Positions 25,411 to 40,135 are shown, counted from the first letter of the stretch. The stretch: 64,000 nt of DNA from Eledone cirrhosa (GCA_964016885.1 OZ024746.1:81654001-81718000); one strand, 5' to 3'. Notes: generated from the letters alone by a model not told the origin. A program made the numbers and translations.

Positions 25411-26680
25411 ATAATAATAATTGTTTCTTTATTGGCCACAGGGGCCTATATGTAGGGGACATTATAATGGACAGGGCGGTGGAGGTTTACAATAAAATCG
25501 AGTAAAAAATATGTATACAACAATAACAATAAACAGGGGCGACTCAGGTACTCCCACCAATCCTGAACCAACCGACGCTCCGACACCACATGAGGAGGGC
25601 ACGTCTTCCCTCTTCAAGCAAGCCAACCTACAGCCGCATGCTTAAAGACCCATTCACACATGCCATTTTCGCAACGTTCACCCACCTTTTAGCAAATGGT
25701 GGGGGGGTGGGGGAACACTTTCCACTTCACCCTCACCTTCCTTTCCAAGTGAAACTAGAAAAAGTTGATGATGGGTTGGCCGAAGAGAAAAGTGTCTGCC
25801 TTCAGTCCTTTCAACCTTATCCACCACACAACCTCTTTCACTACAGCCACCTGACAGAAGAAAACTTCCGTGCAGCCTCTACATGTCCCTGGGAGGCTAT
25901 CACGACTTTGTAAGATTGTCTCCTTCCCGTCGTTGTCATCACTTCTGTGAGGACGTTTATGTTGGCCCAGGTTTTTACTCTGGTAATGAGTTTTTTCCAC
26001 CTGGGCCAAACGTTCTTTTTTTTTTTCAGTCAAATCAAAGTTACAATAGGTTTGAGCTTTTGCAACTGAGGCAGCAAATGTAACCTTCTTGATTTTTACG
26101 CTGTAGTTGTTGTTGGTGTTGTTATTGGAGTTGTTGCTGTTGATGTTGTTATTGGAGTTGTTGTTGGTGTTGTTATTGGAGTTGTTGCTGTTGATGTTGT
26201 TATTGGAGTTGTTGTTGGTGTTGTTATTGGAGTTGTTGTTGGTGTTGTTATTGGAGTTGTTGTTGGTGTTGTTATTGGAGTTGTTGCTGTTGATGTTGTT
26301 ATTGGAGTTGTTGTTGGTGTTGTTATTGGAGTTGTTGTTGGTGTTGTTATTGGAGTTGTTGTTGGTGTTGTTATTGGAGTTGTTGTTGGTGTTGTTATTG
26401 GAGTTGTTGTTGGTGTTGTTATTGGAGTTGTTGTTGGTGTTGTTATTGCAGTTGTTGCTCTTGGTGCTACTGCTGTTGCTCCCGTCGTTCTTGTGGTCGT
26501 TGCCGTTGCTGCTTTTGTTGGCGACGGTGGCATTGTTGGTGATATCTGTAGAGGTGGTGGTAATGGCAGTGACATTGTTGTTGTTTCTCTTCAGAACGTC
26601 AGCCGATTCATTTTTGTGACACACTTTTTTCGAGTATTTTCCCCGCTTTAGCAGGAGTTGGAGGGGGTGTAACCTCCATT
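25411..26680 (-). mobile_element. Internally deleted L1/Tx1-like LINE: Asn-rich ORF1-like start joined to the ORF2 C-terminus and 3' UTR
   Basis: An ORF2-like end VAVVKEVVWWIRLKGLKADTFLFGQPIINFF...KRWVNVAKMACVNGSLSMRL, then AATAAA and a (TAT)n tail. A poly-Asn ORF lies upstream. Confidence 0.55.
26104..26460. repeat. 24-bp minisatellite TTGTTATTGGAGTTGTTGTTGGTG with 27-bp variants, about 14 copies
   Basis: Seen directly. Encodes NNNSNNNT on the minus strand. Confidence 0.9.
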
Positions 26681-27573
26681 TTTTTTTACAAAATATTTTT
26701 ATAGCACAATTTAAAATTTAAAATTCATATATTTGGGCACAAGGCCCCAAAATTATGAAGAGTCCCTTCTTTCCTATGTCCCCTTTGTAACCAAAAAAAA
26801 AAAATATATATATATATATATGTATACATAAATGGATGTACACAAACAAAACATGGCGTATCGTTCAGAGACAAACAATAATAATTGTTTCTACTTTTGA
26901 CAGAAGGCCAGCAATTATCCCAGTGTATTAATAATTGTTTCTACTTTAGGCACAAGGCCAGCAATTACTGGTACTTTATTTTATCGACCCCGTAAGGATG
27001 AAAGGCAAAGTCAACCTCGGCGGGATTTGAACTCAGATCATAAAGGGACGTAACTATGCTGGAAAGCATGGTGTCCGACCCTCTACTGATACTGCCAATA
27101 ATGATTTCATTTATTGACACAAGGACCGACAGGTAGGGGAATAATGGTTTCTGATTTAGGTACAAAGCCAACAATTTTGGGAGATGGGAAAAGTTATTAG
27201 ACTATTTTCCGTAGTAAAAAACGTGCGTGGAAGCTGTTAACTTCTAGTTTACTTAATGTTCAAAATTCGTAATTTGATAAAGCTTAAAAAACGGAAAGGA
27301 CTGGTCAGCCTCGCTTTTGTGTAAGAGTAACACAGCTGCACGATATACAGTAGTGTAATTTCTAGCCCCAATGATGACGTTATTTCACTCTCCAGGGACT
27401 TATATGCTCAACCTCTACTATTTTTTGCATAGTCAAAACCTTGCACTGAAGCTGTTAACTTAATATAAAAAATTCGTAAATAGTAGTTGATTATCTCCAG
27501 GTCAGTTCTGACTGAACAGGTATATGATCAAAGATGATCCAACTATAACTATCTGCTTTTAAATATTAAGGTC

Positions 27574-27761
27574 TACGAGGGTCGGCTGAAAAGTTCATAG
27601 GCTGACCAAGATACTCTTATGAAATAACCAATGAGGTTTATTTTTAAACATAGTCCCATGGAAAGAAACAATTAAGTTATTAATAAGAATAGTAGAAATT
27701 AATGCAGGCCAGATGTCACACCTCCATAGTCAACCTATGAACTTTTCAACAACACCTCATA
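27574..27761. mobile_element. Mariner/Tc1-type MITE
   Basis: TIRs TACGAGGGTCGGCTGAAAAGTTCATAGGCTGAC and GTCAACCTATGAACTTTTCAACAACACCTCATA, with TA termini. Confidence 0.8.
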
Positions 27762-28279
27762 TATCGATTAATGATTGATTTCTTCCATTTTTTAAGAATG
27801 TAAGATGAAGTTTGAAAAAGATTTAACTGTTGTTTCTAACAGGTCAGGCAACCACATAGAAGCTTACTTATTGTTGACTTGTGTAAGTAATAGTAGTAGA
27901 TAAATGTAACACTAACCGAATATAAATTCTTCAATTAATTATTTTCTATCTGAAGTGTTACTTTTGCACACATAATAAAAGGAAATTAGAGATGAGAATT
28001 GACATCCAATGTAAAATGATAGTGAGTGAAAAACAGTCTATAAAAAAGAACCACAGTAAGTACTTTTCCATGACTGATTTAATATTCAAGGCATATATTA
28101 CATTTCAATGGCTTTTGTTTCCTTTAGTATTTATTGTTGTTAACTGGATCACATCTGAGCTGATCTATGACTAAAGCACTCCAATATTCTTTGCTTATGT
28201 AGGACTTCATAATTTAAATCACTAATGTTGCAACTCTTTTTACACATACATACATATTCTCCGTTCACTTATTCCTGGG

Positions 28280-28870
28280 AGTGTCATGAAGTCAAATTTC
28301 TCAGACTAGCCAACCAGATGGTCCTATCAGAAGCAAGCATGTCCAATTGATCAGGTTGTGGTTTAACTCTGGATCTCCCCTGCTGGTTTGTTTTGTCTGT
28401 AAAATCTGTTCAGCAATTCTTTCCTTACATATTCTAACCACATATACAGAGTGTGATCTCTCAATTTGGAGAAGTAGCAGCTTTACCTGGAGCAACTCCC
28501 TGATCTCCAAGCTATGCACCCTATCAAATAACATTACTCCAAAGATCCTTCAGAGGAACCCCATTTCAGCTAAATATTTGTAATCATATTCTTTCAGTCA
28601 TTAGTCAAGATTCATGACCATAGGTAAAGGTAGGCACAAACATCAAATTAAAGATATCGAGTTTGGTTTTTACACTCACTTCCCTTCTTCTGATAACTGG
28701 GTGCTGATGCATTACTGCACCAACTCCTACAAATGCTGCATTCAATTCAGCCTTCCTGCTTTCCATCAATCATAAAAATGGCCCCGAGATATTTGCCTTT
28801 CTCCACCTGATTCAGTGTAGTTCCACTCACAGGCTGAGTGCACTGCGCAGGCTTTCCTTGAGAGGTTCCA
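28280..28870 (-). pseudogene. RTE LINE fragment, same family as 24406-25125
   Basis: Peptide MLFDRVHSLEIRELLQVKLLLLQIERS..ERIAEQIL, with nucleotide similarity to 24420-24800. Another piece lies near 31110-31260. Confidence 0.75.
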
Positions 28871-28939
28871 GCACAGTGTCTCTCCACTCATTGCAGTCCT
28901 TCATCAACCCGGCTATGGGCTTCAGTGATTTGAGAGATA

Positions 28940-29480
28940 AGCTCTCACAACCTTTGTCTAGGTCTTCTTTGGCCTCCTACTATAGCTCCCTTCCACTGGG
29001 ATTTCTTGGCACTTCTTCACCAAATGAACATTATCCATATGCATCACATACCCATACCAATACAGTCTTCTCTCCTGCACACTACCTCTAATCCCTCTTA
29101 TATCCAGCCATTCTCTCAGCTCATCTATGCTTTTCCTTTTATGCACATCCATCATTTCTCTCCAGCCTTTTCATATCCTTTGCATTTACTGCCCTTGTCT
29201 CACTATCATGCAACATCACACTTCGTACACAGGTATCATATAGCCAACCTTTCTTTCATAGAGAAACCTTTTGTTGTCAACAGAAGTAGTAGCTCTTTGA
29301 ATTTTTTTCCATTGTGTTCTTATCCTAGCTATTATGCTTTCAGTGCAGCCTCCTCCCCCACTAATTTTATCACCTAGGTAGCAAAAGCTATCAACCACTT
29401 TTATGGAGCTTTTCTGGAATTGGAAAATATTTATTTCACTGAGAGTTTTACAACTAATTATCCCTGTCCATCTACCCACT
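28940..29480 (-). pseudogene. RTE LINE 3' fragment, second family
   Basis: Peptides VVDSFCYLGDKISGGGGCTESIIARIR and VQERRLYWYGYVMHM..VEGSYSRRPKKT. Confidence 0.8.
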
Positions 29481-30003
29481 ACACCCGAGGTGTATCCAAA
29501 GTTTATATTGTGTATAATGTATAGAGTTACTACACTTTTTGTACATATTGAGCAGGGCCAATTTCCTTAACAAAGCTTTAGTTTTTCCCATGTTACTCTA
29601 AGCTTATTTGATTCTGTTTCCAAACCCAAAATTTCTTCACTAACTCGTCCACTGATTTGGCTAAAAGAACCAGGACGATGGCATACAGAAGTTCCCATTT
29701 GCAGACAAGCACAGAGAATAGACATAAAACGGTGGTGATGAAAATGATGATAATGACACACACACACACACACACACCACACACACACACACATATATAT
29801 CATCATCATCATATGTCCCCTTTCCATGTTGGCATGGGTTGGATGGGTTGTTACAGTTTGAGACAAGATGAATTGAAGAGATATGTTCAATATTTGGCAT
29901 GGTTGTTTCTATAGCTGGATGCACTTCCTAACACCAACCATCTTGCTGAGTGCATATTTCGTGACACTGGAATGATTATGTTTTTTCATGACACCAGAAC
30001 AAC

Positions 30004-30225
30004 TTAACCCTTTAGCATTTAAACCGGACATATCTGGCCAGAATTCTCTTACCTTCTCCTGTTCAAACTGGCTGTAATTAACCAGTTTTACTGACATTAA
30101 GGTATTGTTCTCAAAATAAATAATATCATCATCAAAATCTCGTAGATTCCATATTATGTGAGATAATTATGTGAGATTTACCATGAAAATATAATAGTAG
30201 AGTAATATAAATGCTAAAAGGTTAA
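30004..30225. mobile_element. piggyBac-like MITE (TTAA ends)
   Basis: TTAACCCTTTAGCATTTA...AAATGCTAAAAGGTTAA. Same family as 47520 and 58649. Confidence 0.75.
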
Positions 30226-32939
30226 AGAGTAGACTGGGTGCATTTTATCATGTTACCAACACTAACAATTTACAGGATCTACTGGGAGCATTTTATTGTG
30301 GTACTAGCAATACAGAGAATGTCACGGGCTAGACCAAACTGGAGAGTCCCCTCCAATCCTATACATATTTACTAATAGCTCCAATATATGTATTCATTGT
30401 CTAGGTATACAAACACACACACATACACATACAACAATAAGAACACTTTGCATGCACTCACTGTCTATCTATATCTATACACATGCATGCATACACACCC
30501 AATGGTATTAAATGACTATTCCCATATTACACATACTGAAAACACCAATTCGTTGGTGGCAGAAATTCAACTTCAAAGATCGCTTGGTTGAAGGTAAATA
30601 AAAAAAAAGGAACCAAAATAACAGAGAATCAAATATGTTAACAGCATTGGGCATAACCTTTTGGGAAAACATGTGAGAAAGTAAACTAAATGATTGATAA
30701 GATCTAACCTGATATATGTAACTAATGAAAGAGACATCTTGTTGTTTTGAACCAGTGCTGACGTCACTATAACAATAAAATATCATTAAAAAAAAACAAC
30801 ATTGGTTTCAAATCCTGCCCAGATTAACTTTACCTTTCATCTTTCTAAGGTCGATAAAATACCAGTCAAGTACAGGGGTTGATTCTCCACTCTCAGAATT
30901 GGCTACATTGCACTGAGGTCTGTTGGAAACCACCTACAGTGCCATTTTCTCCTGAAATAGAGAAAGCTTAAGTGAAGGCTAGCAACTGCTTCTCATAAAA
31001 AAAAACAACTAATATGCTAGAGGAACTGTCCAAGGACAGAATATGTTATAGAGTAGGGAAATCAAGAAACCAAATTCTTCTTCTTCTTCTTCTTCCTCCT
31101 TCTTCACCTCTCTGATCTCCAGGCTATGCACTCTATCAAGTAATGTTACTTCAAAGACCCTTTGGATGAACACCATTTTGGTCGCTTGTATTTGTGATCA
31201 TATTCTTTCAGTTATTACCTAACATTCATGACCATAGGTAAGGGTTGCCATGAATACCGAAAAAAAAAATTATTTTCTAAATTTGATAATTTGAAACATC
31301 CAAAAAGTAATCTCAATAAAACCACTTCAAAACATTTTCTCAACTTTCGCACTAATGTTAGTATGAGCCATCTCACAGACTTGAGATGTTAATGAAGGTT
31401 TGGCTATCTATATTACATTCGATGAAGCTGCCATTAAACAAAAAATCAAACTAGTTATGATAGAGAAAAATATTTAGATACGTGTTGATGTATTAAACGA
31501 TGTATGCAAACATTCCTCAATTATTTTAAAATATGTGCTGTTGCTATGATAAAATGTATCCAGTGCACTCTGTAAAGGGGTTGGTGTTAGCAAGGACATT
31601 TAACAGTAGAAGCTATGTCAAAAAGGGGTTGAGATTACTTTTCAGTCATGTCACAGATATGAAAACCTCTCTAGTGCTTTTGCCATGATGAAATGCATCC
31701 AGTACACTCTGTAAATGAGTTATGATAGAAAGGCCATCCAGCCATAGAAAGCTTGCCAAACCAGGGTTTGAGAGGACTCCAGTTATATCAAAGACATGAC
31801 AATCTCTGTAGGTCTGGTATCATAATTACATGCACCCAGTCCACATATGTTTGTTTTTTAATCACAGCATTGGGCTAGATATATTTTGCAGTGAGATGTT
31901 TACATAGTACACATAAAAGTATGTGTAGGTGAGTATGTAGGTGCATGTGTATGTAGATTATTTGTTTAGACAACTGAGTAAGGTTTTGTATCACCAGAGT
32001 AGTAACCCTATTGACTTTTAATTACTAACTATAAGCTCACTATGACCATATCAACTGATCAGTTTTCAGTCATTGAGTGCAGGGTTTTATTAAAAGATGG
32101 TGGCTTGATGCATATTAATTTGGACTATTTTCAGGAGAGAAATTTCTAGTGTGAGAAGAAAGGAAACTATCATTAGTGATTATACTTCATATTTAGTCTT
32201 CACCCAAATTGGATTCTTAACTGACCTTTGTCCTAAATTCAGTGCATTTATTGTTGATACCTTTACTTTTTCTTGTATCAGTAACAGTTATGTTTTTCAC
32301 TTGTTGATATATGTGCAGTTAAGTTTTCAAGATTAACTAGCCATGTTTACATACATACACAAATGATCACAATAGTTCTTGTTATCTCAGATTTCAGACT
32401 TCAAAAGCAGCATATAATTTATAGCTTGGTATAACTTTCTGTTATATTTTATATTCAATCAAATGAATGACTGAAGGCTACAGATCTAGTGACCAACTGG
32501 AGATAATATAGAATTTGAGAGGACCCTTTAGTCTGAATGAATATGTAAAATCCTCTCTAGTGCTGGTATCTTGATAAAATGCACCCAGTATACTCTGTCA
32601 ATTGTCAGAGCATATATAAGTGAGATGAGGGCGCCCGGCCTGTTTGTGTAGATTTAAATTAAATCTGCTAGCCAAACAACAACTCTTCTTTGATTACTCT
32701 TTAATACCTATACACGGATCCTCTCTTGAGAATGGGTTTTTAAATCTGAAAATATTTGAGATCAATAAAATTGCTATGGTAAAATTCTATCATCCTCACT
32801 CATTTCTCAGTCTTTTATTCTTTATAACTCCTATTACCTTGGCACTTTTAATCTTGCAAGCATTGTCAGGCTTTCAAATATTTAAACTTATCTAAATTTG
32901 TATTTCTTATTCTACAATGCATCAAACAAACTACAACAT

Positions 32940-32990
<51 letters not shown>

Positions 32991-34849
32991 TACATATATA
33001 AACTATATGTGTATATATATATATCCTCATCATCATTTAATGTCCATTTTCCCTGCTAGCAAATGTTGGATGTGTTATCACAGACCAGCCAGAAATCAGA
33101 ACAGAGCTAATCACTTCTCAGATAAGCCAGGACCACACATCTTACATACATATGTTCCTGTACTCCATGAGATACATGTTGTTTAACCTCAGGTCAATTT
33201 TAATTGAACAAACTTATTATCATAGAAGTTCAAACCATAGCCATTACATCTTTCTTTCAAGCACAGATGTCTAGGTCAATAATGGCAAGTGTTTTTAGTT
33301 CCGTGTATCGACATTAATTTTTTTTTTTATTATCATGTTATTGGAGTGTCACATGAATACATGTATTGTAGCTTTAGGGAAATACTTACAGATAAGTAGC
33401 CTATTCTTTCTGATATATTTATAAAGCTAGGAGCTTTAATGAAATATAACTTAAAATTTCGAAATACTCTTATAAATCTAGGATAATAAAATGAAGTTAA
33501 AACAGTTGCCTTAATTTTAATGAGTTTTTCAAAGCCCATTATGTGTTATCTAAAAGCCTGTAACATGTCCCTGCTGACATGAAATAGGTTCACTACCACT
33601 GGTCAAGGACCATGTCATTCAATGTGACTTTACTCCATTTAAAATAATAGGGTGAGATTTAAGGGAAATTTGTCTCTTATTTCTAGCAAAATGTTGATGT
33701 GCCTTGCCTTAGGAGATATCATATACAGCCTATGACATGTTGCAATGAAGTTATGACAAGTTTCATAGATTAAAATAAATACTGTAACATTATAAGTAAC
33801 CACAATAGTTTGCCAGACAATAGTACAGAGGTAGCTAGCAAAATGAAAGTGTAGCAGAGTCACCCATAAAACACTTAAACATGAGCCATTATTGGCTATA
33901 CACCTAACACTTGACCTTCAGATGTTTTCAGGAAGTGACCATAAGGACATTGGCACAATCTCCCACTCATTTTTCAAAGTGGTTCTCACTTGATGCAAGA
34001 AATCCAAAGTAGCCACTTTTCAGTAAATTGCACCATTTATATATAGTTACCAGGTTATCAAAATACACATGGACATGTGCTCAACATACACAAATACACA
34101 CTAGTATATACATACATCCGCAAATACTTATATATCACTCAAGCACAAAAGCCAGCCAACCAAGTAGATAATGTTTAGAGTTAGCTATCACAAAAAATTG
34201 TATATGCAAATGCTACTGGAAGTGTTTCATTGTATATGTCAACAAGATACTTAATTCTAGGAGTGAAGAAAGGTGAGTTCTGGTATTGTGGCCTGAGTCC
34301 TTCTTCAAATGGCAGATGTACTTATTTTATTTTGAGAATTTTATTAAATGCTATTTTTTCCTTCTTTTTACAAGTGAAAAGTATCACTAATTTCTTTTTT
34401 TTTCTTCTTCTTGGAACATCAGTTTACCAGGCAGAAAATAGGAAACAATCATTCTAGAAAATATTTATCAGATTTGCTTACTACTATGGAAACCAGCAAC
34501 AGTCTGAGAGGCTCTACAAAAAGGTGCTACCCTTCCACTTCTGACTAAGCCATAAAATAAAAGAACCATAAATACATAAATTAGGAGCTGCAGATGTTTA
34601 ACATGGAATCATTGGATATCCAGCTATGAGGTCAGATTGCTTGAAATCAACACATTATACTTACAACATCCTAATTCACCTATCTCAGGTTAGAGAAAGG
34701 GAATATATTACCACTTCATATAACAGCTGAAATGGCATTGTTTTTTCTTTATAATATTTAGTTAGAAAATGTAGGGTGGAGCCCTTAACCTTTGCAGTCA
34801 CTCTCTCATCAAAGTGGCTGACATAGATGAAGTTAATGTTTATTTTCAA

Positions 34850-35130
34850 CTTCTTTTGGTTAACATCTACAGAAAAAAAATGGGTTTAGGGAGAACATTT
34901 CAGAAGGGCTCAGTTTGACAGGGAAGGGGTGGAAGAATGGGAGGGGGTCTTTAATGTGAGATAATAGGGGAAGTTGACATATGGCAGGGATATCAACATC
35001 AGAAAAAATTGGTGCATTAGATAGGCTTGGATATGGCAGTGGCAGACTGATTGCTAATTCAGAGCAAGAGGACCCATTGTAGTAATGATAGACGATGAAA
35101 AGAGAAGACATCTACATTTATAACTCAGTG
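34850..35130 (-). pseudogene. CR1/Jockey-group LINE C-terminal remnant
   Basis: SSLFIVYHYYNGSSCSELAISLP resembles the LSLFYRYYxGxCSxEL motif of these elements. Confidence 0.5.
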
Positions 35131-35848
35131 GTTGAGGTGTGCTGGAGAATGAGTCTTTGCCTACCATCTCAATGACTTGCTAAACTAAAATCAATTCCTC
35201 CTGTAGGTAAATCTACCTAAGATAGAAGGTATTATCAAAGGAAACATTTCTGTAAGTTTCACATCATCATCATCATCATTTTACGTCCATTCTTTCACGT
35301 TAGCATGGGTTAGACAGGTTGTCCTGTTATGGGCAATGCCAGGTTAGGTGACCATGTCTTGCTCATACAGAACTGATTTTGGCTTGATTTCTACAGCTGG
35401 ATGCCCTTCCTAACACCAACCTCATTTATACTTAGCATAATGGAAAACCAGAAAAGGGCTGCAAAATACAGCTTGTGATCTGGAAAAGATCAGATGTTCT
35501 TTTTTAAGTATTAGCATACATACATTGACCTGTAACATTTTTCCTATATAAAGTGAATTGGTAAAATCATTAGAACATCGAGTAGAATGCTGTGCAGTAT
35601 TTTTTCCTGTTCTCTGCTCTCCAAGTGCAAATCTGACTGAGATCAACTTTGCCTCATCAATGAGAGATCAATAAAAAGTACCAGTCTGGTACTGTGGTCA
35701 ATTCTTTCTCTACATGTTTCTCATTTCCTCTCTCACTCTCTATTCTTCTCTGGAAGAAATTTGCTGTATTCAGACATAAAGAGTAGACGGGCTCTGCCAG
35801 GCTTCAAATGCCTATGTCACTATGACACCATCAGGCGTTACCGCTCCA

Positions 35849-35883
<35 letters not shown>

Positions 35884-35889
<6 letters not shown>

Positions 35890-36074
35890 GTTTCTACTAT
35901 TGGCACAAGGCCAGAAAATTACCCAGTACATTACTGGTACTTTATTTTATCGACCCCGTAAGGATGAAAGGCAAAGTTAACCTCGGCGGGATTTGAACTC
36001 AGAATGGCAAGGGCCGTAACTCTATGCGTCAAAGCATGGCGTCCGAACCTCTACCGATACTGCCAATCCACCGC
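35884..36074 (-). mobile_element. SINE family A, full length, inserted in (TA)n
   Basis: Matches the family A consensus. Confidence 0.85.
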
Positions 36075-36448
36075 TTCATATATATATATAATATCTAAAT
36101 ATGGAAGTTGTAATTGCACTGTGGCATCACAAGTCAAATTAACTGAAACAGTCCCTATACACTCAATGATGTGAGAAAGTGATTCTTTGCATCAGAGTGG
36201 ACTTATTATGCTATTAAAGGGAAACACCATTAACAATATTTAGACCACATGTATGCCACCTAACAATGACAATAACAATGAATACCAAAGCGAAAATATA
36301 TATATATTAAAGTAGTTAATATTAATTAGAGCAACAAGCCAAAAATGGATCTTATGAGTAAGACATGGTGATCTGATCTGTCAAGCTAGTTTAGCCCTTG
36401 CAATCATGGAAAATAGACATTAAACGGTGATGATGATGATGCTATGTT

Positions 36449-36486
<38 letters not shown>

Positions 36487-36925
36487 TCATCATCATCGTT
36501 TAACGTCCATCTTCCATGCTAGCATGGGTAGGACGGGCTGTCCCTTTGTGAGGGATCAGCTCAGGGGACTGTGATTCACTCACACAGAACTGATTTTGGC
36601 TTGGTTTCTACAGCTGGATGCCCTTCCATGTATATGTATATATATATATATAGGAAGAGGGAAAAATATATGTAAATAGACAGATACAAACAGAGAGGAT
36701 ATAGATGTTCATGCAAAGAGATAGCATTCTATTAAGAATAACAGAAAAGACTAGTAGCAGTCTGTATCAGTAGGAATTGGAAAAAAAATGGATTGGAAAA
36801 AAATGAGATAAAAGTTTAATGATACTCAGAAAAAACCCAAAGTTTCCATCTTCCAAAATATTAATATTTACTTTATCTTACAACACATAACTATACACGT
36901 TGTTTTTTTCTGTTTGTCTTTTTGT

Positions 36926-37862
36926 TTTCTATTTACAAACTAGTAGTTGAGTTGCTAGAGGTAGTAGTCAAATATTTCTATTTACAAACTAGTAGGTGAG
37001 TTGCTAGAGGTAGTAGTCAAATATTTCTATTTACAAACTAGTAGTTGAGTTGCTAGAGGTAGTAGTCAAATATTTCTATTTACAAACTAGTAGTTGAGTT
37101 GCTAGAGGTAGTAGTCAAATATTTCTATTTACAAACTAGTAGTTGAGTTGCTAGAGGTAGTAGTCAAATATTTCTATTTACAAACTAGTAGTTGAGTTGC
37201 TAGAGGTAGTAGTCAAATATTTCTATTTACAAACTAGTAGTTGAGTTGCTTGAGGTAGTAGTCAAATATTTCTATTTACAAACTAATAGTTGAGTTGCTA
37301 GAGGTAGTAGTCAAATATTTCTATTTACAAACTAATAGTTGAGTTGCTAGAGGTAGTAGTCAAATATTTCTATTTACAAACTAGTAGTTGAGTTGCTAGA
37401 GGTAGTAGTCAAATATTTCTATTTACAAACTAGTAGTTGAGTTGCTAGAGGTAGTAGTCAAATATTTCTATTTACAAACTAGTAGTTGAGTTGCTAGAGG
37501 TAGTAGTCAAATATTTCTATTTACAAACTAGTAGTTGAGTTGCTAGAGGTAGTAGTCAAATATTTCTATTTACAAACTAGTAGTTGAGTTGCTAGAGGTA
37601 GTAGTCAAATATTTCTATTTACAAACTAGTAGTTGAGTTGCTAGAGGTAGTAGTCAAATATTTCTATTTACAAACTAATAGTTGAGTTGCTAGAGGTAGT
37701 AGTCAAATATTTCTATTTACAAACTAGTAGTTGAGTTGCTAGAGGTAGTAGTCAAATATTTCTATTTACAAACTAGTAGTTGAGTTGCTAGAGGTAGTAG
37801 TCAAATATTTCTATTTACAAACTAATAGTTGAGTTGCTAGAGGTAGTAGTCAAATATTTCTA
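36926..37862. repeat. 49-bp minisatellite, about 19 near-identical copies
   Basis: Unit TTTCTATTTACAAACTAGTAGTTGAGTTGCTAGAGGTAGTAGTCAAATA, with no spacers. Confidence 0.95.
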
Positions 37863-38589
37863 AAACCACTCGATACTAAATTTTAAAATAAAGCCAAGAA
37901 TTCACTAGATAATCTTAGCTTTGATATTGTAAAAATCAACATGATGATTATGGTTGGAATGCTTTTAATGAAAGGTCTGTTTGTTTCGGGCACACCTGTG
38001 GCTAATCAACAACAGCAATACTAATTTAAATTATAACCAAAAAATCGCATATGTATTTTTAAAAATATTTTATGTAATAACAATTTCACAGAGAAAGAAT
38101 TATAACTTTTCACTGGTATCAAAGAAGAATGGTCACTAGAAAAGAAACAGGTTTTAATTAAATTCCCAAATTATTACTACTTCAGATTCCGATGTGGGAT
38201 GAATTAAACATTTTCAAAAGGGTAGTTGTCACTACAAAAATCTACTATCCATTTGAAAATGTTTAAATGTTCTAGCTATATAAATATATTTTGTATCTAT
38301 GAAGAACTATATCTTTAAAGATGTAGCCTTCATAGATCAATAATATTTTACTTTGAGCTAGCTTTTCACTAGGTCACTGTTTTTTTTTTATCATTTATAT
38401 TACTGCTGATGATATGTAATATTTGATGATACTTTATTAAATATTTTTTCCCTTCTTTTACTATATTATTATAGCATAAGTATTATCTAAATTATTTGTA
38501 TTGAAACATTTGTAAGGTTATTAAATCGTTTAAGAAATCTGTTCTATCATTTTAATTTATTGTATATGCTCTGTGTTATTATGTGTCAC

Positions 38590-38636
<47 letters not shown>

Positions 38637-38985
38637 GTGTATATATATATATATATATGTATGTATATACATATATATATATATATATGTATATACATAT
38701 ATATATATATATGTATATACATATATATATATATATATGTATATACATATATATATGTATATACATATATATATATATATATATATGTATATACATATAT
38801 ATATATATATGTATATACATATATATATATATATATGTATATACATATATATATGTATATACATATATATATATATGTATATACATATATATATATATGT
38901 ATATACATATATATATGTATATATATACATATGTATATATGTATATATATATGTATACTTATATGTATACATATGTATATATGTA

Positions 38986-39016
<31 letters not shown>

Positions 39017-39502
39017 ATATATATATATATATATGTATACATATGTATATATATGTATACATATGTATACATATGTATATATGTATATATATATATATAT
39101 ATGTATACATATGTATATATGTATATATATATATATATATGTATACATATGTATATATGTATATATATATATATATATGTATACATATGTATATATGTAT
39201 ATATATATATATATATGTATACATATGTATATATGTATATACATATATATATATGTATATACATATATATATATGTATATACATATATATATATGTATAT
39301 ACATATATATATACGTATATACATATATATATACGTATATACATATATATATACGTATATACATATATATATACGTATATACATATATATATACGTATAT
39401 ACATATATATATACGTATATACATATATATATACGTATATACATATATATATACGTATATACATATATATATACGTATATACATATATATATACATATAT
39501 AC

Positions 39503-39533
<31 letters not shown>

Positions 39534-39632
39534 CATATATACATATATACATATATATATACATATATACATATATATATACATATATATATATATATAC
39601 ATATATATATACATATATACATATATATATAC

Positions 39633-39689
<57 letters not shown>

Positions 39690-39726
39690 CATATATATAT
39701 ACATATATATATACATATATATATAC

Positions 39727-39757
<31 letters not shown>

Positions 39758-39794
39758 CATATATATATACATATATATATACATATATATATAC

Positions 39795-39825
<31 letters not shown>

Positions 39826-39838
39826 CATATATATATAC

Positions 39839-39869
<31 letters not shown>

Positions 39870-39882
39870 CATATATATATAC

Positions 39883-39913
<31 letters not shown>

Positions 39914-39946
39914 CATATATACATATATATATACATATATATATAC

Positions 39947-39977
<31 letters not shown>

Positions 39978-39994
39978 CATATATATATACATAC

Positions 39995-40029
<35 letters not shown>

Positions 40030-40056
40030 CATATATATATGTATATATATATATAC

Positions 40057-40135
<79 letters not shown>

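Noticed and set aside
27370-27450. C/D box snoRNA (ATGATGA...CTGA)
   Set aside because: The terminal stem is weak and I recognise no rRNA or snRNA guide complementarity.
34261-34272. 12-nt micro-exon AG|GAGTGAAGAAAG|GTGAGT
   Set aside because: The polypyrimidine tract is poor and no partner exons were identified.
38295-38337. SECIS element (ATGA...AAA)
   Set aside because: ATGA pairs Watson-Crick with TCAT, so there is no GA quartet.
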